Below, in pieces: positions 46,760 to 61,589 of a stretch of 64,000 nucleotides of DNA. Every line of letters begins with the position of its first letter. The first letter of the stretch is position 1. Source of the stretch: Rhizophagus irregularis (Eukaryota). The translations under genes and the position numbers were made by a program. The stretch covers positions 4,030,001-4,094,000 of the forward strand of contig NC_089434.1 of the NCBI RefSeq assembly GCF_026210795.1. The letters run 5' to 3'. Below the pieces are notes generated by a model. It did not search any database. It was given only the letters and a program-made list of their open reading frames with translations, and had not been told where the DNA came from.

Positions 46760-49480
46760 TACTAGAATCCAGAATCTGGAAGAGTTATTGCAGATTTCCA
46801 ATCACAGTCTGACTTTAAATTTACTACCATCTAAATTAATGATCATTCTCGTTGATAATCCATACATAATCGAGCCAAAATTGCCAAAATTATAATTGAA
46901 AAGTTGGTTTATCTTCAAATATATTATACGTTGCAAGTAAATTTCTTTTGATCAAAATAGGGCACTTACTCCATTGTTTCTTTCTTACAAATAGTTTTCA
47001 CGTAGTTTCTCCTATTTCCATTCTTTATGAAACCACAGTTATATAAGAGTAAAGTTTTGGAGGTTTTCTGACTACATCAACTTTTGTATAAACGTCAAGA
47101 TGCATATCATGTAAATGTCAGGTGATTGATATTTTTGTTTAGGAATATGATCGGAAACCTGATTTAAATCCAATGCTAAAGAAGTATCAGTTTACCGATG
47201 TTTGTCCAGAATCTAAACATTAATTTGCAACAGGAATGATCATCAGGCTATTATAATGGTACAATCTATGAAGAATCAGTGAAGAATCAGGATTGTGATT
47301 CTTCAATATATTATCATTCAACCAGTGATTTACTTGCGTAGGAAAGGATGGTTTATAGATTAATTATATTAATATAGCTTAGTTTTTTTTTTACTATATG
47401 TAATGTTTTGCTATATAATGTACTGCAGTTAAAAAAAAACATTTAACCTGAAATATCAGATTATTCAGATAGTTTTGATTTATTTTACTTTTTAGCCTAC
47501 TTCCATTGATGTTTTCATATACTAATTAATACATAAGGCTAAACTTTAGTAAATTTCATTAGAGCATTAAAGTTTTAGTTCTTTAATATTGATACGCTAA
47601 TACACTTTCCTTGTCTTTAACTAAGTCTTTTAAAAATATTAAAAAAGAATGATCATATTAAAAAACCTAATTTAAAGATCTTATAAAACTGACCAATATG
47701 ACTAACAAGAAGGATGCAAAAAAGAAAAAATTGATAAGTAGCAACTGCTGCTAAAAAGCCTAAACATGTAAATAAGACTGATGATAATTGATAAATATAA
47801 AGTTCTAGTAGTTTTATAGAAAATAAGTAGTATCATATAAAATTGGTAATTTATATATCTTTGCATAAAATGAATGGCTATCCTCATACATGACTACCTT
47901 ATGTCATTATGATGCATTTTTTTGTTTGCATTCATGGATTCTTCTAACTTGTTTGGCTTTTCCCTTCAGTAAATTCTGCATTGAGTTTATTATATTTGTA
48001 ACTATACCAAAGTTCTTCTTTTACACTACCATGAGGGTAAATGACTTTGTTACTTGAGACCTTTGAAGTCATTTGGTTACCCATTGCTTCTAAATGTTGT
48101 TCATCATTTGCAAAAGAAGGATTACTGGTTTTTATAGTTGCCCTTTGACTTCTCAACCCGGTAATGAAGTCTTCTTTACTTAAAAGTTTGTTTTGGTCTT
48201 CCATTTCCAAATTCTTCAGTCATTCAGAATCATAAATTGCCTTCATAAGATCCTTTTTATTGTTAAAATAGATCAATATATATTTTGTTTTGTTCGCTCT
48301 AACAACTTTTGCAAAGTTTTTCCATATTTCTCTATATAATCATAGATAATCATGTGGTCAGGATTTTAAATTAGTTTGATAACGCAGATACAGTATTTGG
48401 ATAAATTCAATATCCGTTTATCCCGATTAATTAACGGATTGATATGACACATTATTGTACACTCTTCAGATAAATGATCTTCCGTTGGAATTGAAAAATC
48501 GTTGTTGTAAATATTTTTGTACCTTATTTGCTTCTGGTAAATTATTAAAGATATTTTCCAATCCTTCAAAATTAGATCTTTCTATATCTTCTGTAGAACC
48601 CATATCATTTATTATTCACATCCTCACTTGTAAAAGAATGTCAGTTTTAAACCAACAAATCCGAATACCATGATGTAGAAATATAATTAATAGCCTCTTT
48701 AATATTTAACTTCAGTTATTCCTAAAATAAGAAAAAGAAATTACTTGGAAAATCTCACAAATTTTAGGTGTTAAATGTAAATTAAAAATCAAATTTAACT
48801 TTTCACAACATTTCTCCTATCTTTAACTCGCACCAAATGTCACAGGAATACTTGTATGAACGATTTTACAATTTTTTGCGCTAATCGATCACGTTATAAA
48901 TGACGTTAATTGCCGAATCAAATTCTCGCTTATACTTGGACTTAAAGCATCCATATGCTGAAGATGAGCCGTTCCCTATAAAAAATTTTTATCCGAATAT
49001 TTCCATTATTTCTCCGTGTCTTCCGTAAAAATTCCGTGAAAATGATACATTCACGGATATCCGTATTAGCGAGATGAAAATTTCCATGATTTAAGGCTAT
49101 AAATTCCATTAAAATGATACATTCACGGAAAAAACATGGAAAGATAAAACACGGATCAGATTTTTTACAGGGGTTATATTAGGAGGAAAAGAAATAAGCT
49201 TAATATTGGTAAGTTTAATATCAGGATTTTCTTTGTTAATTTTTTTTTTGTTTGGTTGGGTTGCTTTCTCTACGTCTTTTTTTTGCTTTGAAGCTGAATG
49301 GATGATTTAGGTACCACTTCTTCGCTAATATCATCATCTACCTCTTCTCCTCTTCTTCAGGATCATCAGCTTTCATCAAGTATTTTTAGACCACCCTGCG
49401 TTATCACATTATCAATAGTGTAAAACCAGGTTGAAGTCGCCTGACGTTATCCAGTCGGCACAGTAAGTTATAAGAAGTAC
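46760..49480 (-). pseudogene. Highly degraded LINE-like remnant (ORF1 RRM-like and endonuclease-like fragments)
   Basis: Stop-riddled frames include VRANKTKYILIYFNNKKDLMKAI and LDYVWI; boundaries approximate. Confidence 0.4.
48974..49172. mobile_element. CMC/CACTA-like MITE
   Basis: TIR CCCTRTAAAAAAT; 3-bp TSD GTT. Confidence 0.7.
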
Positions 49481-50959
49481 TGATTTGTTTAACATTTTAA
49501 GACAACGTGGATTAGGTAATTTTCCAATCACTAAAGGTTCGGAGCTTTCATGAAATGTTTTAAATATTTTTAATGTTTTATTAGAGGGGGGTATCAAATG
49601 TTTTTTTAATAGAATTTTTTTTAAAAGAATTAATGAAACTATTTAATATAAATAAAGTTTTTTTTTGGTTTTTTTAACGAAAAACAATATTATTTTATTT
49701 TTATTTATTTATTTTTTTATTTTTTTTTAAAAAAAAAAGATGTTGTTCTATACTTTTAAAAAAAAAGATTGTCAATATTTTTTTTAAAAAAAAGGATGAC
49801 GATATTTTTGTTTAAAGAAAAGTGACAAAATATTCTAAAAAAAAATAAAAAAATGATGAAAATATTCTTATTAAGATAAGAAAAAAAAACGATTTTTTAT
49901 ACAAAAAGGTGACGAAGCAAACTATTATTTTTTTAAAAAAAAATGAAAATAACAATTTTTCTCGTCCGGATATCCGGATACTTTATCCGTACTAAAAGTT
50001 GATTTGGTTCCATTAAGAAAAATAAGTCTGTTTCATTCGTTTTATAAATATGATCTTCTATGATATACTGACCATTTCCCTTTTTGGATTTGATAATATT
50101 ATTTCCTTAGTTTTTTGGAACTATAATTCGGGACAGCACTATAAACTCAGCCCGAATTAAGCATGAATCCAAAACCCATAATTCATCTGATGTCCTTAGA
50201 TCCGTGATGGATATCCGGATAGATAAAATTAATTATGGATCAGATTAATGGATCACCACGTACTTAACGGACGCATGGCAATAGAAAGCCATACAAGCTA
50301 CAAGATTAAGATATTATTGGTGGTATGTGAATCACGCAATATTTATTAGAAATTATGTAACGCCACTTCTACAATGTATTCACCAGTTATGTTATTTAAA
50401 ATTATATATCATATAATGCAAAATTTTGACTGCAAGCCTTCGCGGCTTATGCTAAGGATCAGCTGATTGCTCAACACCACAAAAAAATCTAATCAGAAAT
50501 TTTAATTAAAAATTTTGTTAAATAGAAAATATAAAGGAAAAATTTACAGTAATTCACTTTAAATAATAAACTATTATTTTATAATAATGATCAATCATCT
50601 TTCATAAAAATCATGTAAACTTTAGTTCACATTTAATAAAAGAATGTAGGAAATTCACATCTTTAAATTATTGCAAACAGCTGATTAATTAATTAACAAT
50701 TGTTGGTAATTCGTCTTCTTATATTAATAATAATGCAGTAATATTTAAATCATGACTAACTATCCCTGTATATTCCATCTTTTTTTCGTAAAAGCTCATA
50801 TCCTCGAAATTAATAACCTTTTATTACGGAATTTATCAAATTACATTTTCCATGAATGGATGTCCGCGAAAGGCTCATTTTTACGGAATTTTTACAGAAA
50901 TAACGGATAAATATTTTATAGAGTATAACGAAAAAATACGGTAACATCGACTACTTCGA

Positions 50960-53900
50960 CTACTTAAAGCAAAAATTTCTTTTATTATTATTTTTCTATT
51001 TTTAAAAGATTATCATTCTCTTTTTTTGTTATTAAGCTTATTAATAAAAATAATTGAAAATTTTTTAAGAATTATCATAAAAGTTCCCTTAATTTAAATA
51101 TATTTATAATGATTATCCGCAGTACTACATAGCATTATCATGTAGTCAATATTAACTTCCTTAGTTATATTATAAATACATTGTTTATTAAAATTTATTA
51201 ATTTATTTATTAAAGTGGCTTATGCAAATATACAAATGAATGAATGGCATCAAAAAGTTGTAGCGTAAAATTAAAAAAAAAATTTTGTTCCGCAGAAGCA
51301 CATCACGTGGTTTTTAATCTTCTACTCAAAGATATTTAATCCATATACTCTTTTCCTCTATCAATGATTAATAACTTTTAATTTATTTTTTTACGTAGAT
51401 TTAACTAAGTGAAATTTAATTGTATCAGATAATGCATATATATATATGTACAGTATTGTTAATTTTTGGGCGCAGTATTATATTAAATTTACTGCGGTCC
51501 AAATGACCCTAAACTATTGGTTAAACGGCTTGTCATATTAATTAATTAGGGGACTGCAGAAAATATTAATTTATTTATTAAAGTGGCTTATGCAAATATA
51601 CAAATAAATAAATGACATCAAAAAGTTGTAGTGTAAAATTAAAAAATTTTTGTTCCGCAGAAGCACATCACGTGGTTTTTAATCTTCTACTCAAAGATAT
51701 TTAATCCATATACTCTTTTCCCCTATCAATGATTAATAACTTTTAATTTATTTTTTTACGTAGATTTAACTTAGTGAAATTTAATTGTATCAGATAATGC
51801 ATATATATATATATACAGTATTGTTAATTTTTGGGCGTAGTATTATATTAAATTTACTGCGGTCCAAAATGACCTTTAAACTATTGGTTAAACGGCTTTT
51901 CATATTAATTAATTAGGGGACCGCGGTCAGGAATGATCATTTCTACTTTATTGGTTATTTTACTTTATCTTTTTTATTGGCAAATTATTTTATTCTGGGA
52001 TCGAGTATACGTTTTGATCTAATATTTTGATATTTGTACAAGAAAACATAATATTTTCGATTTTCATATGTTTTATTTCCTAATACTTAATTGTTTTTCA
52101 ATACAGAAATTTTTGCGCTTTATTAGAGTTCATCATTGAAATTATCTGACGATTATTAATATTTTAGGCGATTTTATAGATTTTTTTTTACGTAAGAACG
52201 AATTAATAATTGGGTGTCCTCAAGTATTTAAAGCAAAATGTCTTTTATTATTATTTTCTATTTTTAAAAAGATTATCATTCTCTTTTTTGTTATTAAGCT
52301 TCTTGATACAAATATTTGAAAATTTTTTAAGAATTGTCATACAATTTAAATATATTTATAATGGTTATCCGCAGTACTACATAGCATTATCATGTAGTCA
52401 ATATTAGTAACTTCCTTAGTTATATTATAAATACATTTTTTATTAAAATTTATTAATTTATTTATTAAAGTGGCTTATGCAAATATACAAATGAATGAAT
52501 GGCATAAAAAAGTTGTAGCGTAAAATTAAAAAAATTTTTTGTTCCGCAGAAGCACATCACGTGGTTTTTAATCTTCTACTCAAAGATATTTAATCCATAT
52601 ACTCTTTTCCTCTATCAATGATTAATAACTTTTATTTAATTTTTTTACATAGATTTAACTTAGTGAAATTTAATTGTATCAGATAATGCATATATATATA
52701 TGTATAGTATTGTTAATTTTTGGGCGCAGTATTATATTAAATTTACTGCGGTCCAAAATGACATTAAACTATTGGTTAAACGGCTTTTCATATTAATTAA
52801 TTAGGGGACAGCGGTCAGGAATGACGTTAAACTATCATTTCTACTTTATTGGTATTTTACTTTATCTTTTTTATTGGTAAATTTTTTGTTCGGGATCGAA
52901 AAATTTTCGATATTCATATGTTTTATTACCTAATGCTTAATTATTTTTCGATACAGAAATTTTTGCGCTTTATTAGAGTTCAAAATTGAAATTATCTGAC
53001 GATTATTATTAATATTTTAGGCGATTTTATAGATTTTTTTTTACGCAAGAACGAATTAATAATTGGGTGTCCTCAAGTACTTAAAGCAAAAATTTCTTTT
53101 ATTATTATTTTTCTATTTTTAAAAGGATTATCATTCTCTTTTTTTGTTATTAAGCTGCTTAATAAAAATAATTGAAAATTTTTTAAAAATTATCATAAAA
53201 GTTCCTTCAATTTAAATATATTTATAATGATTATCCGCAGTGATACATAGCATCGTATGGCAATATCATGTAGTCAATATTAACTTCCTTAGTTATATTA
53301 TAAATACATTTTTTGTTAAATTTATTGATTTATTTATTAAAGTGGCTTATGCAAATACCCAAATAAATGAATGGCATCAAAAAGTTGTAGTGTAAAATTA
53401 AAAAAATTTTTTTGTTCCGCAGAAGCACATCACGTGGTTTTAATCTTCTATACAAAGATATTTAATCCATATACTCTTTTCCTCTATCAATGATTAATAA
53501 CTTTTAATTTATTTTTTTTGCATAGATTTAACTTAGTGAAATTTAATTGTATAAGATAATACATATATATGTGTGTACAGTATTGTTAATTTTGGGCGCA
53601 GTATTAGCCCTATAAAAACGAAATGTGTTAAATTTGTTGTTCATGTGTAATAAATGTCTAAAAAAGCACCATTTTGTTTAATTTTCGTTTTTTTGTAATA
53701 AGACATAAATCGGACAAAATGGTGCTTTTTTTAGACACTTATTACACACGAACAACAAATTTAACACATTTTGTTTTTATAGGGTATATTAAATTTACTG
53801 CGGTCCAAAATGACCTTAAACTATTGGTTAAACGGCTTTTCATATCTGATATTGATTAATTAGGAGACTGTGGTAAATACATTCAAAAATTGATTTTATT

Positions 53901-55200
53901 AAAACCTAGTATTAATTTATTTATTAAAGTGGGCTTATGCAAATGTACAAATAAATGAATGGATGGCATCAAAAAGTTGTAGCGTAAAATTAAAAAAAAA
54001 TTTTTGTTCCGCAGAAGCACATCACGTGGTTTTTCATCATCTATACAAAGATATTTAATCCATATACTCTTTTCCTCTATCAATGATTAATAACTTTTAA
54101 TTTATTTTTTTACATAGTAGATTTAACTTAGTGAAATTTAATTGTATCAGATAATACATGCATATATATATATACTGTATGTACAGTATTGTTAAATTTT
54201 GAGCGCAGTATTATATTAAATTTACTGCCGTCCAAAATGACCTTAAACTATTGGTTAAACGGTTTTTCATATTGATTAATTAGGGGACTGACGTTAAACT
54301 ATTATTTCTACTTCATTGGGTATTTTACTTTATTTTTTTATTGGTAAATTATTTTATTAGAGGATCGAATATACAGTACATTTTGATCTAATATTTTGAT
54401 ATTTATTATTTTGCGATACAGAAATTTTTGCGCTTTATTAGAGTTCAAAATTGAAATTATCTGACGATTATATTTTAGGCGATTTTATAGATTTTTTTTT
54501 TACGCAAGAACGAAATTAATAATTGAGTGTCCTCAAGTAGTACTTAAAGCAAGATTTCTTTTATTATTATACATTCTATTTTTAAAAAGATTATCATTCT
54601 CTTTTTTTGTTATAAGCTTCATAATAAAAATAATTGAAAATTTTTTAAGAATTATCATAAAAGTTCCCCTTAATTTAAATATATTTATAATGATTATCCG
54701 CAGTACTACATAACATTGTATGTCAATATCATGTAGTCAATGTTAACTTCCTTAGTTATATTATAAATACATTTTTTATTAAAATTTATTAATTTATTTA
54801 TTAAAGTGGCTTATGCAAATATACAAATAAATGAATAACATCAAAAAGTTGTAGCGTAAAATTAAAAAATTTTTTTGTTCCGCAGAAGCACATCACGTGG
54901 TTTTTTATTTTCTACTCAAAGATATTTAATCAATATACTCTTTTCCTCTATCAATGATTAATAACTTTTAATTTATTTTTTTACGTAGATTTAACTTAGT
55001 GAAATTTAATTGTATCAGATAATACATATATATATATGTACAGTATTGTTAATTTTTGGGCGCAGTATTATATTAAATTTACTGCTGTCCAAAATGACCT
55101 TAAACCATTGGTTAAAACGGCTTTTCATAGTGATTTTGTTCGGGATTTACGATTTTCATATGTTTTATTTCCTAATGCTTAATTTTTTTCGATACAGAAA
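50960..55200. repeat. Higher-order tandem array: ~870-890-bp units with ~365-410-bp sub-duplications
   Basis: Anchor GTTCCGCAGAAGCACATCACGTGG at about 51287, 51652, 52541, 53413, 54006 and 54877. Confidence 0.92.
53608..53784. mobile_element. Fold-back CMC-like MITE inserted in one array unit
   Basis: ~70-bp inverted arms starting CCCTATAAAAAC; 3-bp TSD TAG/TAT; other units show the empty site GTATTATATTAA. Confidence 0.85.
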
Positions 55201-56147
55201 CTATTGCAGAATAACGAGTTCAAAATTGCTGGATATTCCTCCGTGCTTTATATAAAAAATATTGTCCAAACACTGTTCGGTTTTTTGTTCAGAAAATCGA
55301 CCTCGTTCCGAACATTTACTTGACATTTATTTGACATTCATGTACGTTTTTTATGTGGTTAAAAATTCTCAATCTCCGCATCTTGTATTAAATTGTAACA
55401 AATATTGTATAATAGCGTGCGAGTGTCCGGAAAATTGACCCCATTCCGAATATTTATCTGTCAAAAATTTTTTATAAGGTATATATATACGCAAAATAAT
55501 GACAATAACTATGCATAACAGATAAACTTTCTTGTTATAGAGCCAGCATGGTACGCACAGTGGTAGCGGTACGCTACTATATTTTGGAAATTTTATCAGC
55601 TATACCGATAATAATACAGTACAAGTTATATGTATAACAAGTATGGTACGGTATGTTGTTTTGAATTATATGAAGAAATTCAATTAATTTATAACTTTTA
55701 TTATTAATAACGAGCACGTATGAAATGTGTGACAATTTTAGATGGTCATCAGCATGACATGGAAATTATGGTTGGTTGATCACCTGGTGACAAATAACTT
55801 TAAATGAATCTTGACCGACCAATAAAAAATGATAAAACTTTTTTTTTTTTATTTTTTAATCACTTAAATCAAATGCTATCACAATACACTAAATTATTGG
55901 AAACATTGCAATTTTAAAGAATTTTTATTAAAAATATTGAAACAAATTATATTATTATTAACATTAATGAATGAAATTACGCATCTAGCTTGCAAGTGTA
56001 ACATTTTTTAAAATAACTGTTTATTCATTTATAAAATATTTATAAATATAAACTACTATATAAAAGAAATTAAATCTCTCGATGAGATCATCCGCCGCAA
56101 CTTGTACCTTAAATAAGAACAAATTTTAAATTAAATATATACCGTAA

Positions 56148-56277
56148 TTTCGGATATAATTTAAGCTATTAAGTAAATTAAGTTGTTTACTATGGTTTTC
56201 GGATATAATTTAAGCTATTAAGTAAATTAAGTTGTTTACTATGGAAGATAATTTCGGATTTCGGATTTCGGATTTCA
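56148..56277. repeat. 49-bp direct duplication followed by (TTTCGGA)n
   Basis: TTCGGATATAATTTAAGCTATTAAGTAAATTAAGTTGTTTACTATGG twice; TTTCGGA three to four times. Confidence 0.85.
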
Positions 56278-57797
56278 GCTTTACTGCCATCTATAATCAT
56301 AATCATAATAATAAAAGATGCGATTTAAATATGAAAGTAATATAATTGATACATAATAGCTATACTAAAACAACTAATAATGATAATAATGAACAGTCTA
56401 TTAAAAAAAATGATATCCAATAAATATATTAAAATTGGGCATCAAATTTATGAAACACGGAGAACTGAACTAAGAGAACTAAAATAAACAACAAATATTT
56501 TATTTATGATGGTCCCTATTCTAAAAATTGAAAGAAATAATAATTCGTCCAAGTGTATTGTTATGTTAATATTTAATTCTGGAACGCCAACATGCATTGG
56601 AATTTCCAATCCAAATATAATACTATACATATATATATATATTTTTAGTTAATAGTATATTATCCATTTAGGTAAAATTTTGAAAGTTCTCATGACACTT
56701 TTGTATATAGAAACTCATTGTGAGATCATACGACAGGTCTCTTTTATATGTTTCACATGTTTATCCAAAGAAGTTTATAATATATTTTTAATAAAAAATT
56801 TTTAATTGGTTTCATTATTCCATTCCATTTACAGGTTCATTATCCATAAGAAATGCATATAATATTATTTTATAAACCAGATTGTTCTGTTTACATTCTT
56901 TTTGCGATTCTTTATTAGCTTTTACTACGCCCTGTATATCTAAGATCTGCAAACTTTAAAAATTGCTATTGTGTTATACTTTTGGTCAATCATTTCATTT
57001 TTTTTATTGGAATTTACAATACTGTCAGTATATCTAGTGTATCACAAAAACATTCAAAACAATGAAACCACCAAAGGATTCGGCTTGCAACACAATTTCT
57101 TTCTTACAAAAATCATTTATGAACGTCGGTGTTACCATTCCATATCGATTTTAGGGGTGTTTCAGATTTTCTTTTTTAGCTCTTCTATTCTAATAGACGC
57201 AGTTAAGTTGTGATATCAGTGTATGAAATATTGTTACCCTACTTTTTATTAATTAAATGATTTTACAACATAATTCTATACATAAAAAAGCAATGAACAA
57301 TTTTTTGGTTTACTTACAATTTATTAATAATTTTAGGAAATGTGTTACATTTTCGGAAATGCCGACGCATATTGGCGTTTCGGAATTGATCATATTGATG
57401 CCGTCTTTTATTTTTTTTTCAAAAAAAAAAATAATAAGTCAAACCAAATTAAGCATGGTATTCAAAAAAGGGGTTAAAATTTTTTTAAAAAGAAATTTGG
57501 AAAACTAATTATTCATGATCCAAAAACCTCCAAATATTTTATTCTAAATATTCGATTAATAAAAAGTTCTTTGTAAATACGGAATATTAATATATATTAT
57601 ATTTTAATGTCAATTTGCTATAATTGGCACTCTTATATATAAAACATGTTACACGCAATTAATTGGCATGAATCGACATATCCGGAATAGTTCATTTCGA
57701 AAATAGATATATATATACCTTGTTCAGCATGATGATAAAAAAAAATTCGATACTTTCCCTTCTCACTTCTCACCCCCTTCTCACTCTTAATTATAAT

Positions 57798-59354
57798 ATG
57801 TCATGTTCAAAAATACTTTCAGGAGATTTACCTGAATTAACCTACGAAATTATAAAATATTTTCGAGATGATTACTCAACTTTACATTCATGCATTTTAG
57901 TTAATAGATCATGGTGTCGTTTAGCGATTCCATTATTATGGGAAAACCCATTTTCAATTTGTGCCGAAAATTATAATTTTGTTGAAATTTACATTCATAA
58001 TTTAAACGATGATTTGAAGATAAAACTAAATGAATGTAAAATTATTGATAATAATTCATTACATTTGAATACACTGTTCAATTATCCTAGTTTTTTAAAA
58101 TATTTGAATATATACAATTTTGTTCACTCCGTTAACGAATGGTTTAAAGCTAATACAAAACATGAAGATCAATTATGTTCAGTATTTGATTTTATTAGTA
58201 TGTCACTGTTCGGGATATTTATTGAAAATGAAGTAAATTTACATACTCTTGAAATTGAGGTCCAGAGTAGTTATGACACATATATTGATAATATTGTTGA
58301 ATTTATTTTAAAAAATCCAAACTTCATTCTCAATATTAGAAATTTAAAACTTTATATTTTACTTAATTATGATAACGAACATTCTTCAGATCGTATATTA
58401 CAAATAGTTAATTTGCATCAAAATCTTAAAAAAATTATTTTAAATAATGATTATTTATCTTTATTACGATCATTATTGCTATCAAAAGATTATAATTGTT
58501 CAAATACCTTAAATACAATTGTATTCTATGAAATCGATTTTAATTTTTTAAACTATGAAATATTTGAACAATTAAATGTTTTAGAATCTATTCATATCAT
58601 TTATTGTTCTTTGAGTAATAATTTTTTTCATCAAATTATTAATTTATCTAAACAATTTAAATTAAAATCTTTATTTATAAGAGAGATACCACAAATTGAT
58701 TCAATAGAATTATTATTACAAACATCTGGACATTATTTAAGAAATTTCGGGTATAATTTTGGATTTTACCGTCATATAAATATATCATTAAGAAATCAAT
58801 TATTAGAATTAATTACAAAATATTGTAAAAATATTAAATATCTTTATTTAAGCCATGGTGATGACATGAATATTTATCCATTATTCAATTTTATTGAAAA
58901 TATGAAACAAAGTCTTGATTATCTTACGATCGATATATCAAGTTTTACTTATCATCCTTTGAAGCGTTATTATAGTGAAGCTAGTCAAATTATTTTACAA
59001 AATTTAGGACAAGTTCTTCCTCCTAAATTAGAATATTTATGTTTAGATCTTTTTTATGTTGAATCAAATGATTTCGAAGTATTTCTAAAAAATTCTCAAG
59101 ATACTTTTATTAATAAATTATTAATTCGCAAGATTAACAGTCAAGATATCTTACCCTATATAAAAGAATACTATATCATGAAAAATAAAAGGGTTAAGTA
59201 TCTATCTATTTATGATCTTTCCTCGGTTGGTAGTAAAAGAGATATTGACCTATTTTCATTAAAAGATGAAGTGAAGGAATTTGGGTTGTATAATATTAAA
59301 GTACAAAGTTACAATAGTTCAGTGATTTATGATCATATGAGAGTAATTGATTAA
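57798..59354 (+). CDS. F-box-like / LRR (RNI-like) protein
   Basis: MSCSKILSGDLPELTYEIIKYF...LHSCILVNRSWCRLAIPLLWENPF; LRR-like repeats; LGQVLPPKLEYL. Confidence 0.85.
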   Translation: MSCSKILSGDLPELTYEIIKYFRDDYSTLHSCILVNRSWCRLAIPLLWENPFSICAENYNFVEIYIHNLNDDLKIKLNECKIIDNNSLHLNTLFNYPSFLKYLNIYNFVHSVNEWFKANTKHEDQLCSVFDFISMSLFGIFIENEVNLHTLEIEVQSSYDTYIDNIVEFILKNPNFILNIRNLKLYILLNYDNEHSSDRILQIVNLHQNLKKIILNNDYLSLLRSLLLSKDYNCSNTLNTIVFYEIDFNFLNYEIFEQLNVLESIHIIYCSLSNNFFHQIINLSKQFKLKSLFIREIPQIDSIELLLQTSGHYLRNFGYNFGFYRHINISLRNQLLELITKYCKNIKYLYLSHGDDMNIYPLFNFIENMKQSLDYLTIDISSFTYHPLKRYYSEASQIILQNLGQVLPPKLEYLCLDLFYVESNDFEVFLKNSQDTFINKLLIRKINSQDILPYIKEYYIMKNKRVKYLSIYDLSSVGSKRDIDLFSLKDEVKEFGLYNIKVQSYNSSVIYDHMRVID

Positions 59355-60801
59355 TTATTATTTAGTAACAAGTAAATAAGATTCAAGTTACTTTTTCCAA
59401 AATTATGACTCAAATAGTATTTAACTGGGTTAACCGATTTTTGAGATGCCCTAAATAGACATTAAATATCGCTAATTTAAATATTAATTTTTAAAAATCG
59501 GATAATTTAAAGAAAATTAAACATCTTTTCTTTTTTATTTTCAAATTAAATGTTTTATATTTCATTTTTACTAATATTCTATTATTATGCGTGATAAGTT
59601 TTTTGTTTATGTAATGATTTTATATAATAAACGTTGAGTAAAATAGAAAAAATCATTTTAAAGACGATGAAAATTCAAGCTAATGGATTTGTTTGTACAG
59701 TACATGTATTGCTTATGGTGTATATCTCATCCTCAAATAAGAAATTTTGTTGTTTCAGAAAAATTGATATAAAATGAATCATTTAAAATCCAGACATAAT
59801 ATACGTACTAATAAACGTGATCGTGAATAAAATTTGTGTCTCCAAAAAAAAAGGCAAATCAAAAATAGTTGAAACAAAAAAATGGTTAGAGATTTTGTTA
59901 TTTGCATCATTTTTTATTAAAATAAATTTCTCTCTTTTTCAAGTAAAATTTTCAATATTTTCTTTCATAAAATCAATTTCTTATATTTATTATTTGTATT
60001 AAAAAAAGAATCTTACACTATTAATGTTAAATTTTTATTAGCATAAATCAACTTTACTAGTAAACAAACATTTTATACTATTGATATTTAACTAAAAAAT
60101 ACATAATTGGCAAACTCAAATAACAAAATTGTTGTTATTTTAAGGAACATTTTATTGAAAGAAATATAGAATGTATAGTATCCAGTTAACAATTCAAATA
60201 TTGAATTCTTCGTAGCGGACATCGATCATTTATTTAATTTTATTCATATCGTATAATATAAATGCCGTTATTAAAAAATTCTACATAATAATATACGCTC
60301 AAATTTTACAAATAATTTGATTTCAGCTTTGATTTGCTATAAATTAGATTTTATTAGAATCAGATTGTTACATTTGTGCAAAGTTTTAAGTTTCGTCCAT
60401 GCATATTCATTTTCGCCTATCAATTTTTGTCTGATGATTGACAAAAATGAATGAATTATCACACACAAATAATGTATTATAACAATATTAAAAACTAAGT
60501 TAGTAAGGGCAGTGACATATATTAGCTAAGCCAGAAGGCTTTAATGATCCAAGCAATTAAACTTATTAAAAAATACTAATATTATTTATGGATGAATTCA
60601 TGTTTTAATATTATCAAATGTTTGATTAATTATTATTATTTTAAAGAGAATAATTTTATTAATTTGATAGTAAGAATCGGCGCTTACGTGGTACTGCAGC
60701 AGTAAGCGCGTCTCCCTAATTTGTGAGTTCCCAATCCGAAAAGACAAAAAAAAATAAAAACAGAAGAACGGGAGATTGGTGCTCACCATAGTACCATAAG
60801 A

Positions 60802-61229
60802 GGACCCCGGATAATTATAATTGAGGTCATATCTTACTATGTTTTAAACTTTATTTTTCTTTTAACATGTAATTTTATTAAGTTAATATTATTTTTTACC
60901 ATAGAAAAAAATGTTTCTTTTGAAGAGAAGAATCTTTTGATACCAAAATCTTGTAAATCTACTGATTAGAATTTGAGATAAGTATCGTTACACAGGCAAA
61001 ATTTGGCAAAAAAATATACGCTTTTTCACTATCGGTATACATAGAAATATACAAAAAAATAAAAATTACTATTATTAAATATTACTTTTTAAGTAACAAA
61101 ATTATAGATAATAGGAGGGCAATTATTATTACAAAGTTTTGTATCTATAGCTTTAAAAGTAAGTTCAGGATGACAAGGGTAAATTTTTAGCATAGAAGAT
61201 ATGACCTTAATTATAATTGTCCGGGGTCC
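60802..61229. mobile_element. MULE-like MITE
   Basis: TIR GGACCCCGGAYAATTATAATTRAGGTCATATCTT; 10-bp TSD TACCATAAGA (60792-60801 / 61230-61239). Confidence 0.9.
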
Positions 61230-61589
61230 TACCATAAGAGCCCGAGTTTCTGATCCTAAGGATGAAAAAAAAAAAAATTTTTTTGAAATGAAGCAAATTA
61301 GCGTTTACATTTCACCAAAGTTTTTGTCGAATCTGATCCAAGGTTTCTTTAAAAAAAAAAAAATTTTTTTTGTCATATTTCTGATCAACATATATAGAAA
61401 CAAGGGGTATAAATGCCGAAATAGAAATGATATCTTTTATAACTAAAATTGAAAAATGTCTTTGTACTGATGATGTAGTGGAAACTTGTGATTGAATACT
61501 GTTTCAAAGTAAATACGTATTACTTATCCCCTGCCATTTACACAATAGCAAGTGTTTTATAGTATATCGTGAGTATAATATGGTATATT

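Noticed and set aside
49620..49950. A/T-run-rich stretch as a regulatory element
   Set aside because: Low complexity only; no defined motif
50960..55200. Point centromere (CDEI-like ATCACGTG plus AT-rich DNA)
   Set aside because: CACGTG is common across the window, no CDEIII was found, and point centromeres are not expected in this lineage
56380..57210. Possible decayed gene or transposase
   Set aside because: Stops in all frames examined and no motif I can identify
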